From Octopus vulgaris (lineage: Eukaryota), in contig OX597815.1 of NCBI GenBank assembly GCA_951406725.2, forward strand, positions 23,126,001-23,190,000: 64,000 bases of DNA, in the 5' to 3' direction. This document shows, one piece after another, positions 53,205 to 64,000 of the stretch. Below the pieces are notes generated by a model. The model ran no database searches. It was not told the DNA's origin and worked only from the letters and a program-made list of their open reading frames with translations. Positions within the stretch are counted from its first letter, which is position 1; every line of letters begins with the position of its first letter. A program made the position numbers and the translations under genes.

Positions 53205-53259
53205 TGCGTGTGTGTGTGTTTGTGCATGCATACATTGTGTGTGAGAGTGTGTGTGTGTG

Positions 53260-53306
<47 letters not shown>

Positions 53307-53410
53307 ATATGTATGTATATATATATGTATGTATATATGTATGTATATATATATATATGTATATATGTATGTATATATATACACATACACACACATGTAC
53401 ATACACAGGC
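53205..53410. repeat. Compound (TG)n/(TA)n/(TATG)n microsatellite
   Basis: Visible directly; source of several spurious ORFs. Confidence 0.9.
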
Positions 53411-54545
53411 ATGCATGTGCAATATGTTTTCTTTTTTAATCTTATAACAGAAAAGTCTGCCTTCTTTCCTCTCGCCACACTACAAATGCAAGGCAGAGGA
53501 TCCGGATCTTTTGAAATGTATAATATATAATCACAAGGCAAATTTTTGTTTTATGCCATGTTTGAGGAAGTAGGCTTTAATGTTGGACTGGAGTCATTTA
53601 CACAATCTCTCTATCTCTGACTCTCTGTCTGTCTGTCTCTCTGCCTCTGTCTCTCTTATTTCCTTCCTTTGTCTATCTCTTCTTTTCTACTAAGTACAAC
53701 AGTTCACTGCCAGTGTGTTCAGTTGGCCATCTATATATGCTGATTTCTCATCCTAAAGTCTCCTTCATGTGAACTGTCTAACCTGTTGTGATAAAGATTT
53801 TGCACAGTAACCTGTTGGCAGCAAATATTGATGGAAAATGGAAATTTTTATCCAGCTCATTACCTCCATAGCACCTATTGGGATCAAAAAACAAAAAATC
53901 ATTAAGAAGGATGGTAAGGAACAAACTATTACTAAAAACTAATAATTTTTTTTTTATATCCTTGTCTTTTGTTGCTCTTAGATTCATGAGCTTGTATTGT
54001 CTGAATCACTATTTGTTGGTGTAATGAGCAAAGAAAAGATTAATCTATGAAGAATTTAGGCAATTTTAAGTTTATGTTCCTAGTAAAATCATAGAATTTA
54101 TGAAAGAAAGAAAGCTTAACTATTGAGTTCTATTGGATGTTTTTAGAGAAACTGACATATCACATCATGCTTAACATTCTCTCTTGACTAATTCCTTTTG
54201 ACAGTTTGACTACCTTTTTAGGTGTTTGAGTGCTAGCATTTCCTTCATTTGGGTGTGTGTGTATGCACACACACACACGCATACACAGAAATTGTTCCAA
54301 ACCAATTAATCTTCACTTTGCTAGTAAGAAAAGTATGATGAAGAAAACAAGAGGTTGTATCTATGTTTCTGTGGATCACTGGATCTTGATCTGCACCCAA
54401 TAACTTGATCAAATAACAAAATCCCTCTCCCTTCTCATGTCTCATTTACTCTGTGACTTTGTGGTGTACAGAAATCTGATTTATCCACTCCATGTTCGCA
54501 TTACCGGTTTCTTCTGCTACATTGTAAACTACTAAGTTTTAAATA

Positions 54546-54940
54546 GGCGCAGGAGTGGCTGTGTGGTAAGTAGCTTGTTTACCAACCACATGGTTCCGGG
54601 TTCAGTCCCACTGCGTGGCACCTTGGGCAAGTGTCTTCTACTATAGCCTCGGGCCGACCAAAGCCTTGCGAGTGGATTTGGTAGATGGAAACTGAAAGAA
54701 GCCCGTCGTATATATGTATATATATGCGTGTGTGTGTGTTTGTCCCCCTAGCATTGGTTGACAACCGATGCTGGTGTGTTTATGTCCCTGTTACTTAGCG
54801 GTTCGGCAAAAGAGACCGATAGAATAAGTACTGGGCTTACAAAAGAATAAGTCCCGGGGTCGAGTTGCTTGATTAAAGGCGGTGCTCCAGCATGGCCGCA
54901 GTCAAATGACTGAAACAAGTAATAAAAAAAAAAAAAAAAA
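54546..54940 (+). mobile_element. Full-length tRNA-derived SINE (second family) with poly(A)-like tail
   Basis: GGCGCAGGAGTGGCTGTGTGGTAAG...GGTTCAGTCCC...CCTTGGGCAAG...GAAACAAGTAATAAAAA. Confidence 0.9.
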
Positions 54941-55596
54941 GAAATGTCTTAATTAAGTCTCTTGTTTTATAATGTTTATAGATCAAAGACTATAAATATT
55001 GTATTTATCCTCGGGAAGTGAATATCATGTATTCCATTCTTAAACTTTCATTGCCAACATTCTTTTACATACATTTTCATTGTATGAGAGTAGTGAAGAT
55101 CATTTAGGCAGTAGGCACCCGGTCTCGGTTCAGTGACTCAGTATTCTGAATCCTAATCCTGCCACGATTGATTCTGTTTATCTTATCTCCTGACAAAAAA
55201 GGAAAAAAAAAAATGGCTCTGTGCCTTGGCTAAAGAAATTATTTTTATATGAAAATGTGGGGGTGATAACAGAAACAATAGATAATTGGACTTGATCATT
55301 TTACTGTCCCACACTGTTCAGAATTCCTAAGCTGCTGGGGTCAACTTTGTCACTCGTCTTCCTGAGGACAATAAAATACACATCAATGATATATACTGGA
55401 GTTAAATCAATCAACCCTACTTCTCTTTCTTTTACTAAATTTACCCATGTTTTTAGATTACTGGCATGTGCCATAGAGAATGTGATATACATTCTTGGTA
55501 AATTAAGATCTCAATCTGGTTTTGCTTTCTAATTACAAAAAATTCAATCTAACTATGATTATACCCACTTATACCTTAGGAAAAGCATAAATGTTG

Positions 55597-55885
55597 TTCT
55601 GTATATGAGAGATGAGGAATTATGTATATTATTTACATTTGACGGATATTTTTCCTCATATTGTTTGTTGTTGACACAAATTTTCAGCTGATATACTCTC
55701 CAGCCTTCATCAGGTGTCTTGGGGAATTTTTGAACCTGGGTTCTCATTCCTAAGGTATTTTTTCGATATTATTATTATTATTATTATTCAGGTCACTGCC
55801 TGGAATCGAATTTGGAATCTTGGGGTTAGTAGCCCGTGCTCTTAACCCCCAAATTCCGAGTTCGATTCCAGGCAGTAACCTGAAA

Positions 55886-55923
<38 letters not shown>

Positions 55924-56059
55924 CATCAAAAAATACCTTACGAATGAGAATCCAGGTTCGAAATCTCTCCAAGACACCTGATGGAGGCTGGAGATTATAT
56001 CAGCTGAAACATTGTTAACAAATGAGATGAGGACAAATATCTGTCAAATGTAAATAATG
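55597..56059. mobile_element. Head-to-head inverted dimer of a tRNA-head + (AAT)n + hammerhead element
   Basis: A 13 bp direct repeat AGCATAAATGTTG flanks it (55584-55596, 56060-56072). The left copy is on - (55846-55597) and the right copy on + (about 55843-56059). B box GAGTTCGATTCC at 55858-55869. Each arm has a hammerhead motif. Confidence 0.75.
55673..55718 (-). ncRNA. Minimal type I hammerhead ribozyme motif
   Basis: The minus strand reads GACAC-CUGAUGA-A-GGCUG(GAGAGUAUAU)CAGCU-GAA-AAUU-U-GUGUC: intact core, 5 bp stems I and II, and a loopless palindromic stem III. A more decayed copy lies at 55973-56018 (+). Confidence 0.7.
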
Positions 56060-59000
56060 AGCATAAATGTTGCCACTTCCAATTTCCCCTTTGCTAAAAT
56101 ATAGAGCCTTATTCTTAGCTGAAAGAAATTATTATACTGTTTATAATATCTTTTTTTTTTTCTGTTGCATTTCTAAATTTAAATCAGTTAGCTTTTCATT
56201 TTTTTGAAGTTCAATAAATAGCAGCAATATCGTAGGGATGAATCTATAGACGGTACACCTCCCCATATCTCACACGCATAAAATAAGATAAAAGCTATAT
56301 ATTCTCTTCCACACACAAGAAAAAAAAAGAAAAAGAAAAATTATAATCATTGTAACAGTAAGATCTGGATGCAACTTGGTTTCAATTCCTTACTGAAACT
56401 GTTTCACATGTATAAAATAAATATCCCATTTATTTCTATATATGTGATGTTTTATATCTTTGTAAGAAATTATTCTTAATTGGCCTTGCCTACAGTACCT
56501 TATCCTGTAATTGCTGTTTCAACTTCCTTTCTGTAATATAATTATTAAACTAGCATTATAATACTAATACTACATGACTGCTACATATATTACATGTATA
56601 CTCATGTATACACCCTCTCTCGTATGCAACTATACCTTTTCCCTCCATCTTTTTAATTATTTATTTGACATTTTGTTCTGTGACTTGGTTTTTTTTTTTT
56701 TTTGTAATTTTGTTTAATACCCGTCTTGTTCTTACTTGTGTCTGTGACCAAGGGGCTTTTAGCTGGAAGTTTTTTAAAAATCTGGTTTCTGAATTTTCAT
56801 TCTTGATGTTTCCTTGACCAAAAATCTAAACTGCATAGAAACAAGAGCATAAATGTGCATCCTGTTTTTGAATACTATGCAACTTGTCAGACCAGAATTG
56901 ATAAAATATGACTCAGCTGAACTGTTGGGAATAGTCAAGTAAATAATTAGCAAATAAAATAATTTTCTCTCATTTTCATTTGTATACAAGTGCATGCGCA
57001 CACACACACTGCCTGTCAATATAAATAGTTCTTAGGTTTTTCTCTCAGGTATTCATTCAAATATGGTGATTCAATGTTTCTTTCCATTCCTGAAAAGACT
57101 ATAGAATTACTACTCTCTTCTAAGTTGGAGCATTTGGGCCGTTGTTGAGTGCCTAGATTACCACTTACTTTCTTGATTGGTTTTTGATTAGGAAAATATT
57201 TTATGACAAATAGCAGTAGATAGAAATTTTTTATATTGTAGCGCTAGTGTGTAACTCATAGTACTAATTGCATAGGTGCATTAAATGTTTTGTATTTCTC
57301 TCAGACAGTTTTGCTCTTCATCCAAATCTAAGAACATTATAAACAATTTGTTTAGCTTATTTCTACAAAATTATATAGTTATTTTAATATCTTGTTAATC
57401 TACTCAATGCCACTTTTCTCAGTACACGTATACAAGTTCATAGTCTTCATATTAACCAAGTTTTCCTCTTAGTCTTATTGTAGTCCTTCTATGTTGAATA
57501 ACTTAATTTATACATTCTAAAAAATGATGTATTGAACAGTTTGTGTATTTTTAAAGGAATATCTTTTACATTTTCTGATTTATTTGTTCATATATTGTTT
57601 CTTACATTCCAAATATCATCTTTACTTATAAAATATAGATTTAAGCTTTTTGATTTGTTACAAGAAAAGAATAGCATCAATTTATTCAAGTTTAATGCAA
57701 AAAAGTTATTCTCTAGAACCTTTTGAAATTATATAGGCAATTTTAATTTAATTTCTGCAGCCCATTATATAAAAAGATAGGTTGTGTACATAAAATCTGT
57801 TAAAAGAAAGGAGGAAAAAAATCTTGTCAGAAATAATACAAATATAATAAAAATAGAGAATTAATATTCATGCATGTACATATAGTTGTGTATTCTGTGA
57901 CTGGCTCTTACAGTACTTCCTAGCTAAACATTCTCTATAGGATATTATTCTATAAGAGCACTAGAAATTATGGTTGTGTAAAAATAATTTCTTTATTATG
58001 CTTATTTTATAACAATTGTCTCAGCCTTTAGAAACGGGTATTATGGTAGTCAGAAGATTTTATTTTATCTTCTCTACTGTATGTGATACTCCTGTCTTAT
58101 CTAAATTTTCATTCCAAAAATCCAAGCAGTTTGCAATATTTTTACAAATGCATTCTGAGAAACAAATTTTGTGGTCGTGGTCTTTGGTAGAACCAGCTTT
58201 AAAATAACTGGATTGGTTTCCCCACAGAAGATTTTTGTCTTCATGCAGCTAGCAAAAGTCCATTTCTCTCTAGGTTAGATCCATGTGAAGATATGGATTC
58301 GGTACAAGTTAAAGAAATACATATCAGTTATACAGAACTGCCGCTTAAATTACTGAACTGAGTCTACCTACTACTCTTTTGACTAAGCTTTGAGCATTAG
58401 TATCTTTTCCAGCAACATAGGAGATACTATTGTCTTTCAAGCTACTCCTGAATGACACCCCTTTCAACTGAGACAGCTACAGCTCTACACAAAAAGCTGA
58501 ATGGTAGAAAGAAACAGTTGCCATAATGATAATTGTTCTTATGCAGGTTTTACTGATGGTATATAGAGTTTTATCTCTCCCCAACCCAGCTTATATTACG
58601 CTTCATTTAGGGTGGCTCTCCTACAGATTAATTTGTTTAATTTTACTCTTATAATCTTTAATAAGGATCCAAGTATTTCTTTTAGCTCTTGTCTAAGTAA
58701 ATGAATGAGCTCATAAACTGATTTAGATTTTTTTTTAATTCTGTCAATTAAAAGAATATTTCAGTATTCTCTTAGTTGACTCAGTTATAAACTTTGAATT
58801 ATCAGTTAACTTTTATGACTAAAAATAGTATTCATTGAGTTCAGAAGGTAGAATAACAAACTCTTTGAATGTAATTCATATTGTGATCAATGTCCAGCAA
58901 ACATTAGATGTGTGTTTGTTCAAGTCCTGTTAGTGTTGATTTTTTTTTTCTTTTTTCTTTTTTTGTCTGAAATTTGGAGTTTACAGTGTCTAATACTTAG

Positions 59001-60316
59001 AAATAAGAAAATTGTTCTGTCAAGTTGTCTTTCTTTTCCTTATAGATATTTAGTTTTTCTGTTGTTTGTGAACTAGTCATTCCTACTGAACAATATTTTG
59101 TTTGCAAATCATAAAATTAACAAATATTTTGTTAACTTACTGTCTTGAATTCAATCCCTGCTATAAGTATGACTTGGAGAGGAAGGATAGGCTTGACCAA
59201 GCTGACTTGCCTTAGATTCAGCACATGACAAATCATCAATGATGTTCCAGTGACCCAATGGGTTATGGTATTCGTTATGTATTAAAAGTTTGTCTACCTT
59301 TTAATCTATATCAATTGTCATCAAATACAAAATCCTCTGCTGAAACTTTTGCAGCCTTATCAGAATCTAGAATGTCTAAGAACATAGCAAATGTTGTAAT
59401 TGGTTGCCGATTGAATCTGTTCACTGCAATTTACAGCTGGCTTGCTCCTTGTCAGTTTCTTTCAGTTTTGATTATCAAAATATAATGTTTGAATGTCTTA
59501 AGTGTGCAAGCAATTTATGTTCTGAGATGGATGTAAAACATTCCTAAACTCTTAAGATTTCTTTATATGTACCGTATTTGCATGTTTGCTGAGCATCAAT
59601 AGATGTTGGACCTTTATAGCTTCAAAAAATATAAGCTTTTGCTTGTTTATTGAATCTAGATGTATTTTCAACTGATATTACACTGGCTTAAACTTTAAAG
59701 GTAACTGCAGCAGTTCCTTTGAATGATTGCTACTAAAAACGAACTTCATTATTCTTCATGATCAAGTTTTTGTTATTGCTACCAAAATAAAACTTCCTTC
59801 TATACAATGTTCTGCTCTTATAAAACAAATAACTTTAAAAGCAGTTGTAGTGTCTATAAATCACTTGTTTCAAAACTGTTGGGATAACCCTTCTTGATAT
59901 ATGTTCTCAGATTTGCTCTATGTATATGGAGTCATATATCTAAACAATTTATAATTTCCTGTCTCAGAAAGATGTTGTGATGTAGTTTTATTGCTTTTCC
60001 CCATTTTGTTCATTGGAGTAGTTGATGGAATCTTTTAGTTGCTTTAAGAACTAATTTTCATTTTAATTTAAAATAAAATAATATCAGGGAAACATATAAA
60101 ATAGAGTAAGGGACTTCTAGCTTGGCCATTATATTTTAGTATTGATTTACAATGGAATTGAAGAGTGAAGCGTTATTAGATTATACCACAAGATAATTCA
60201 GTCTTTTACTTATTTTGAAATTGGTGTTGATTTGGTTTTTTTTCAGTTATCTATTTAGTCTTGTTATTGTCTAATACCTTTGTACTCCAGTGCTGAATTT
60301 TCTGAGTTTTTATGAT

Positions 60317-60540
60317 TCATCATTGTTTAACGTCCGCTTTCCATGCTAGCATGGGTCGGACGATTTTGACTGAGGGCTGGCGAACCAGATGGCTGCACCA
60401 GGCTCCAATCTTGATCTGGCAGTGTTTCTACAGCTGGATGCCCTTCCTAACACCAACCACTCCGAGAGTGTTGTGGGTGCTTTTACGTGCCACCGGCACA
60501 GGGGCCTGTCAGGCGGTACTGGCAATGACCTCGCTCGAAT
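60317..60540 (-). mobile_element. RTE 3' UTR fragment
   Basis: Same family. Confidence 0.85.
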
Positions 60541-61368
60541 CAATTTACCTTATTGTACTCCTCTCACTTATAAAGATCTGTATTCCTCTCACTTATAAAG
60601 ATCGCTACCTTAAGTTTAAAGATTTCAGCTTGATGAAGTAAAAGTGTTACAGATGAAATAACACTCCTATTATTCTCTTGCACATGTTCAAAGTATTTTC
60701 CTATCATTGTTCATCTACATTTTAACAATCATTTCTATAAAATAACATTGAATATTTACCTCTGGACCCGATGCTTAAATATTGAAGTGCAGTCATTTAG
60801 TCAGTTGTTAGAATCTCTTCGTATTTATGACTTTCACTAGAATTCTTGATATGAATACAGTTTATGCAACATTTCATTTTGAAATTCTTTGTCATATATA
60901 GATGTTTTATACTGACTTAATAGCTGTGCTTGAAACTCTACATTTTATTTATTTATTTTTTGGTTTCTAGAGTTAATATTTCAGCTTCATTCTTAAAATA
61001 CATGACCTCAACATTTACCCACTTTGATTTTGTATTGGTGATTATTCAGATTTGCTGTGTAACTAGAGTTATATATTCTTGTTTAAAATACATAATGAAG
61101 TTACTCTATACCTCCGTCCAATTCATCAATTGCCATTGATTCACCATGTTAAAGAGACAAAAGGATTTAGTATAAGCATAGAAATATTAAAACGTTTACT
61201 AAAAATTCACCTTATACAATTGGCCTATAAAGGCCACCAGAGAAGTTGCTTGTTTCTTCCATGAAAGCAAATACAGAAATATTGGTGTAAGACTATCAAA
61301 ATACATTACAAGAATTATATGGTGGAGGATTTTCATTACTTGTATCTTTTCATTACTTGTATCACACA

Positions 61369-61530
61369 GGCGCAGGAGTGGCTGTGTGGTAAGTAGCTTG
61401 CTAACCAACCACATGGTTCCGGGTTCAGTCCCACTGCGTAGCACCTTGGGCAAGTGTCTTCTACTATAGCCCCGGGCCGACCAATGCCGAGTGAGTGGAT
61501 TTGGTAGACGGAAACTGAAAGAAGCCTGTC

Positions 61531-61580
<50 letters not shown>

Positions 61581-61789
61581 ATGTTTGTGTGTCTGTGTTT
61601 GTTCCCCTAGCATTGCTTTACAACCGATGCTGGTGTGTTTACGTCCCCGTCACTTAGCGGTTCGGCAAAAAGAGACCAATAGAATAAGTACTGGGCTTAC
61701 AAAAAGAATAAGTCCCAGCGTCGAGTTGCTCGACTAAAGGCGGTGCTCCAGCATGGCCGCAGTCAAATGACTGAGACAAGTAAAAGAGT
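61369..61789 (+). mobile_element. Full-length tRNA-derived SINE (second family)
   Basis: Colinear with 54546-54940. Confidence 0.9.
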
Positions 61790-62259
61790 AAATTGTCAAC
61801 ATGATGCTCATAGATTTAAGTTCAAGTTGTCAACAGTTGAAGCCTCTTTTCTAATTTGGTTTAGTTTAATTATTGGGGAGTTGTACCTGTTGCTTGTCAT
61901 TTTTGTTTCATAATCAGTTCGCTGTTCTTCAGACTATGCAAGAATGAACCCATCCTCATAATTTCTTGTCTTTTTTTTTTAACATTTTTTATTGCTGGTC
62001 ATTCTTTGACATACCTGGTTGTTGATCTCTCTCTCTCTCTCTCTCTCTCTCCCCTAAAGTAGATACAGTAAACTGTTACCGTTTTTTTTTTAATAATATA
62101 ATCACTTAATTTCTTTAGCCACGAAGGTTTTAGAAACAGACCAAAAAAACCTTTTTGATGTAACAAAACTTACTTATCTAAGCTGAAATCTTACAATTTC
62201 ATTAAAATTTAAGTCATTCAATGATAGAAGTAGAAAGTTAACTCAGTCTCTAATATCTA

Positions 62260-63017
62260 TCATCATCATCATCGTTTAATGTCCGCTTTCCATGCTAGAA
62301 TGGGTTGGACGATTTGACTGAGGTCTGGCGAACCAGATGGCTGCACCTGGCTCCAATCTTGATCTGGCAGAGTTTTTATAGCTGGATACCCTTCCTAACG
62401 CCAAACACTCCAAGAGCGTAGTGGGTGCTCTTACGTGTCACCGGCACGAGGGCCAGTCAGGCGGTACTGGCAACGGCCATGAAAAAATCTTTTTTTTTTT
62501 TTACGTGTCACCTGAATGGTGCTTTTACGTGTCACCGGCACGGACACCAGTTAACCACTCTGGCAACGATCACGCTTGGATGGTGCTCTTAGTGCTCCAC
62601 TAGCACGGATGCCAGTCATCGAATTTGATTTCAGCAGTCACGGCCCATGTTTCACTGCCATGTAGCATGGTTGTTCATACACATGCGTCGTACAGTCTAC
62701 CCTTTACTCTGAGCGAGAGGTCCTTTGTCACCAGCAGAGGTAAGAGCTCTCTGAACTTTGCCCAGGCTATTCTTATTCTAGCAGCTACACTTTCAGTTCA
62801 CCCTCCCCTGCTACTGACTTGGTCCCCTAGGTAATGGAAGCTATCAACCACTTCTAGTTTTTCTCCCTGGAATGTGACAGGAGTTGTTCTCTGCACATTT
62901 TCAGTGTTTATTGCTCCTGAGCATCTGCCACATACAAAAACTATCTTCCCACCTAGTTAGCCTTCCTTTGATATTGCTGCACCTCTTATGTGTCCATAGC
63001 TTACACTGGGTACATCT
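62260..63017 (-). mobile_element. RTE LINE fragment: PHD/RT portion joined to 3' UTR by an internal deletion
   Basis: 63017-62630 (-) is homologous to 435-810 (CTQCKLWTHKRCSNIKG...FHYLG) and jumps at about 62630 into the 3' UTR. Confidence 0.85.
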
Positions 63018-63529
63018 ATCTACGTCTAAAAAGAAACTGGTCTAAGCAGTTGTGTTTGGCTATAAGTTTTCCTATCACACATAGTGGTCACTGTTAAACA
63101 ACTTTTGAGTTGATCAACTATAAATACAGACACTTTCAAATGTTGTGCAAGACTGTATTTTTAGAAAACATGTGCCTGTTCCATTTCACTTAGGCAGGAT
63201 AGTTCAACAACAAAAAAACCAATTACATAACATTCTACTTAATTACACACACACACATACGCATTCTTGAAAATATCTCATGCATGAATTTATTTAGCAA
63301 AACAAGAGAAAATCTAAGTCATGCATATATGTGCATATATATACGTGTGTGTGTGTGTGTGGGTAGGTGGATAATCTATTTTTATGCTAAATAGATTTTG
63401 ATTTTGTATACAATATTTTCAGAAATCATTACTCAGGGATAGATGTCTTTTGCCTACTCCCTTTGAGTTTGCTAAAAATTTATTTACATATGCTGTATTT
63501 GCTTGTTTTCATGGGAAGCACTTTTTCAG

Positions 63530-63532
63530 CAT

Positions 63533-63575
<43 letters not shown>

Positions 63576-63708
63576 GTATATATATATATATGTATATATA
63601 TGTGTATGTATGTATATGTATGTATGTATATGTATGTATGTATATATATGTATGTATGTATGTATGTATATATATGTATGTATGTATGTATATATACATA
63701 TATGTATG

Positions 63709-63803
<95 letters not shown>

Positions 63804-63804
63804 G

Positions 63805-63877
<73 letters not shown>

Positions 63878-64000
63878 GTATATATATATATGTATGTATA
63901 TATATGTATATATATGTATATATATATATATGTATATGTATGTATATATGTATATATATGTATGTATGTATATATATGTATGTATATATGTATGTATATA
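63530..64000. repeat. Long (TA)n/(TATG)n microsatellite running off the window
   Basis: Visible directly. Confidence 0.95.

Noticed and set aside
55788-55880. Possible tRNA genes
   Set aside because: Both copies are 5'-truncated, cannot close an acceptor stem, and are part of a repeat. SINE heads elsewhere are likewise not functional tRNAs.
49439-60300. Possible very long EDC3 3' UTR
   Set aside because: Young repeats are somewhat sparser here, but SINEs are present and no poly(A) site can be assigned from sequence alone.

Overview
This is AT-rich, microsatellite- and transposon-dense animal genomic DNA. The SINE, RTE and Helitron families and the (TA)n/(GAT)n tracts resemble an octopod cephalopod (inference, not checked). 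One complete spliced gene can be assembled on the + strand: EDC3 (enhancer of mRNA decapping 3), six coding exons from 28458 to 49438, 1449 nt, 482 aa, with LSm, FDF and YjeF_N domains and consistent GT-AG phases. It has a probable promoter and non-coding first exon near 10800-11036. A possible first coding exon of a divergent gene lies at 3189-3148 (-). The rest is mostly mobile DNA: RTE LINEs (one with a PHD finger inside the RT), about 20 truncated RTE 3' ends, two tRNA-SINE families, Helitrons, mariner/hAT/piggyBac derivatives, and Gypsy and CR1-type relics. The most notable signal is three unrelated short non-coding elements (13369-13938, about 32392-33283, 55597-56059). Each carries a type I hammerhead ribozyme motif and is integrated as an inverted duplication, two of them with clear 12-13 bp flanking direct repeats. 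They look like Penelope-mobilised retrozyme-like elements, and one is fused to a tRNA-derived head. Ribozyme activity and novelty cannot be established from sequence alone. Boundaries of degenerate repeats are approximate.
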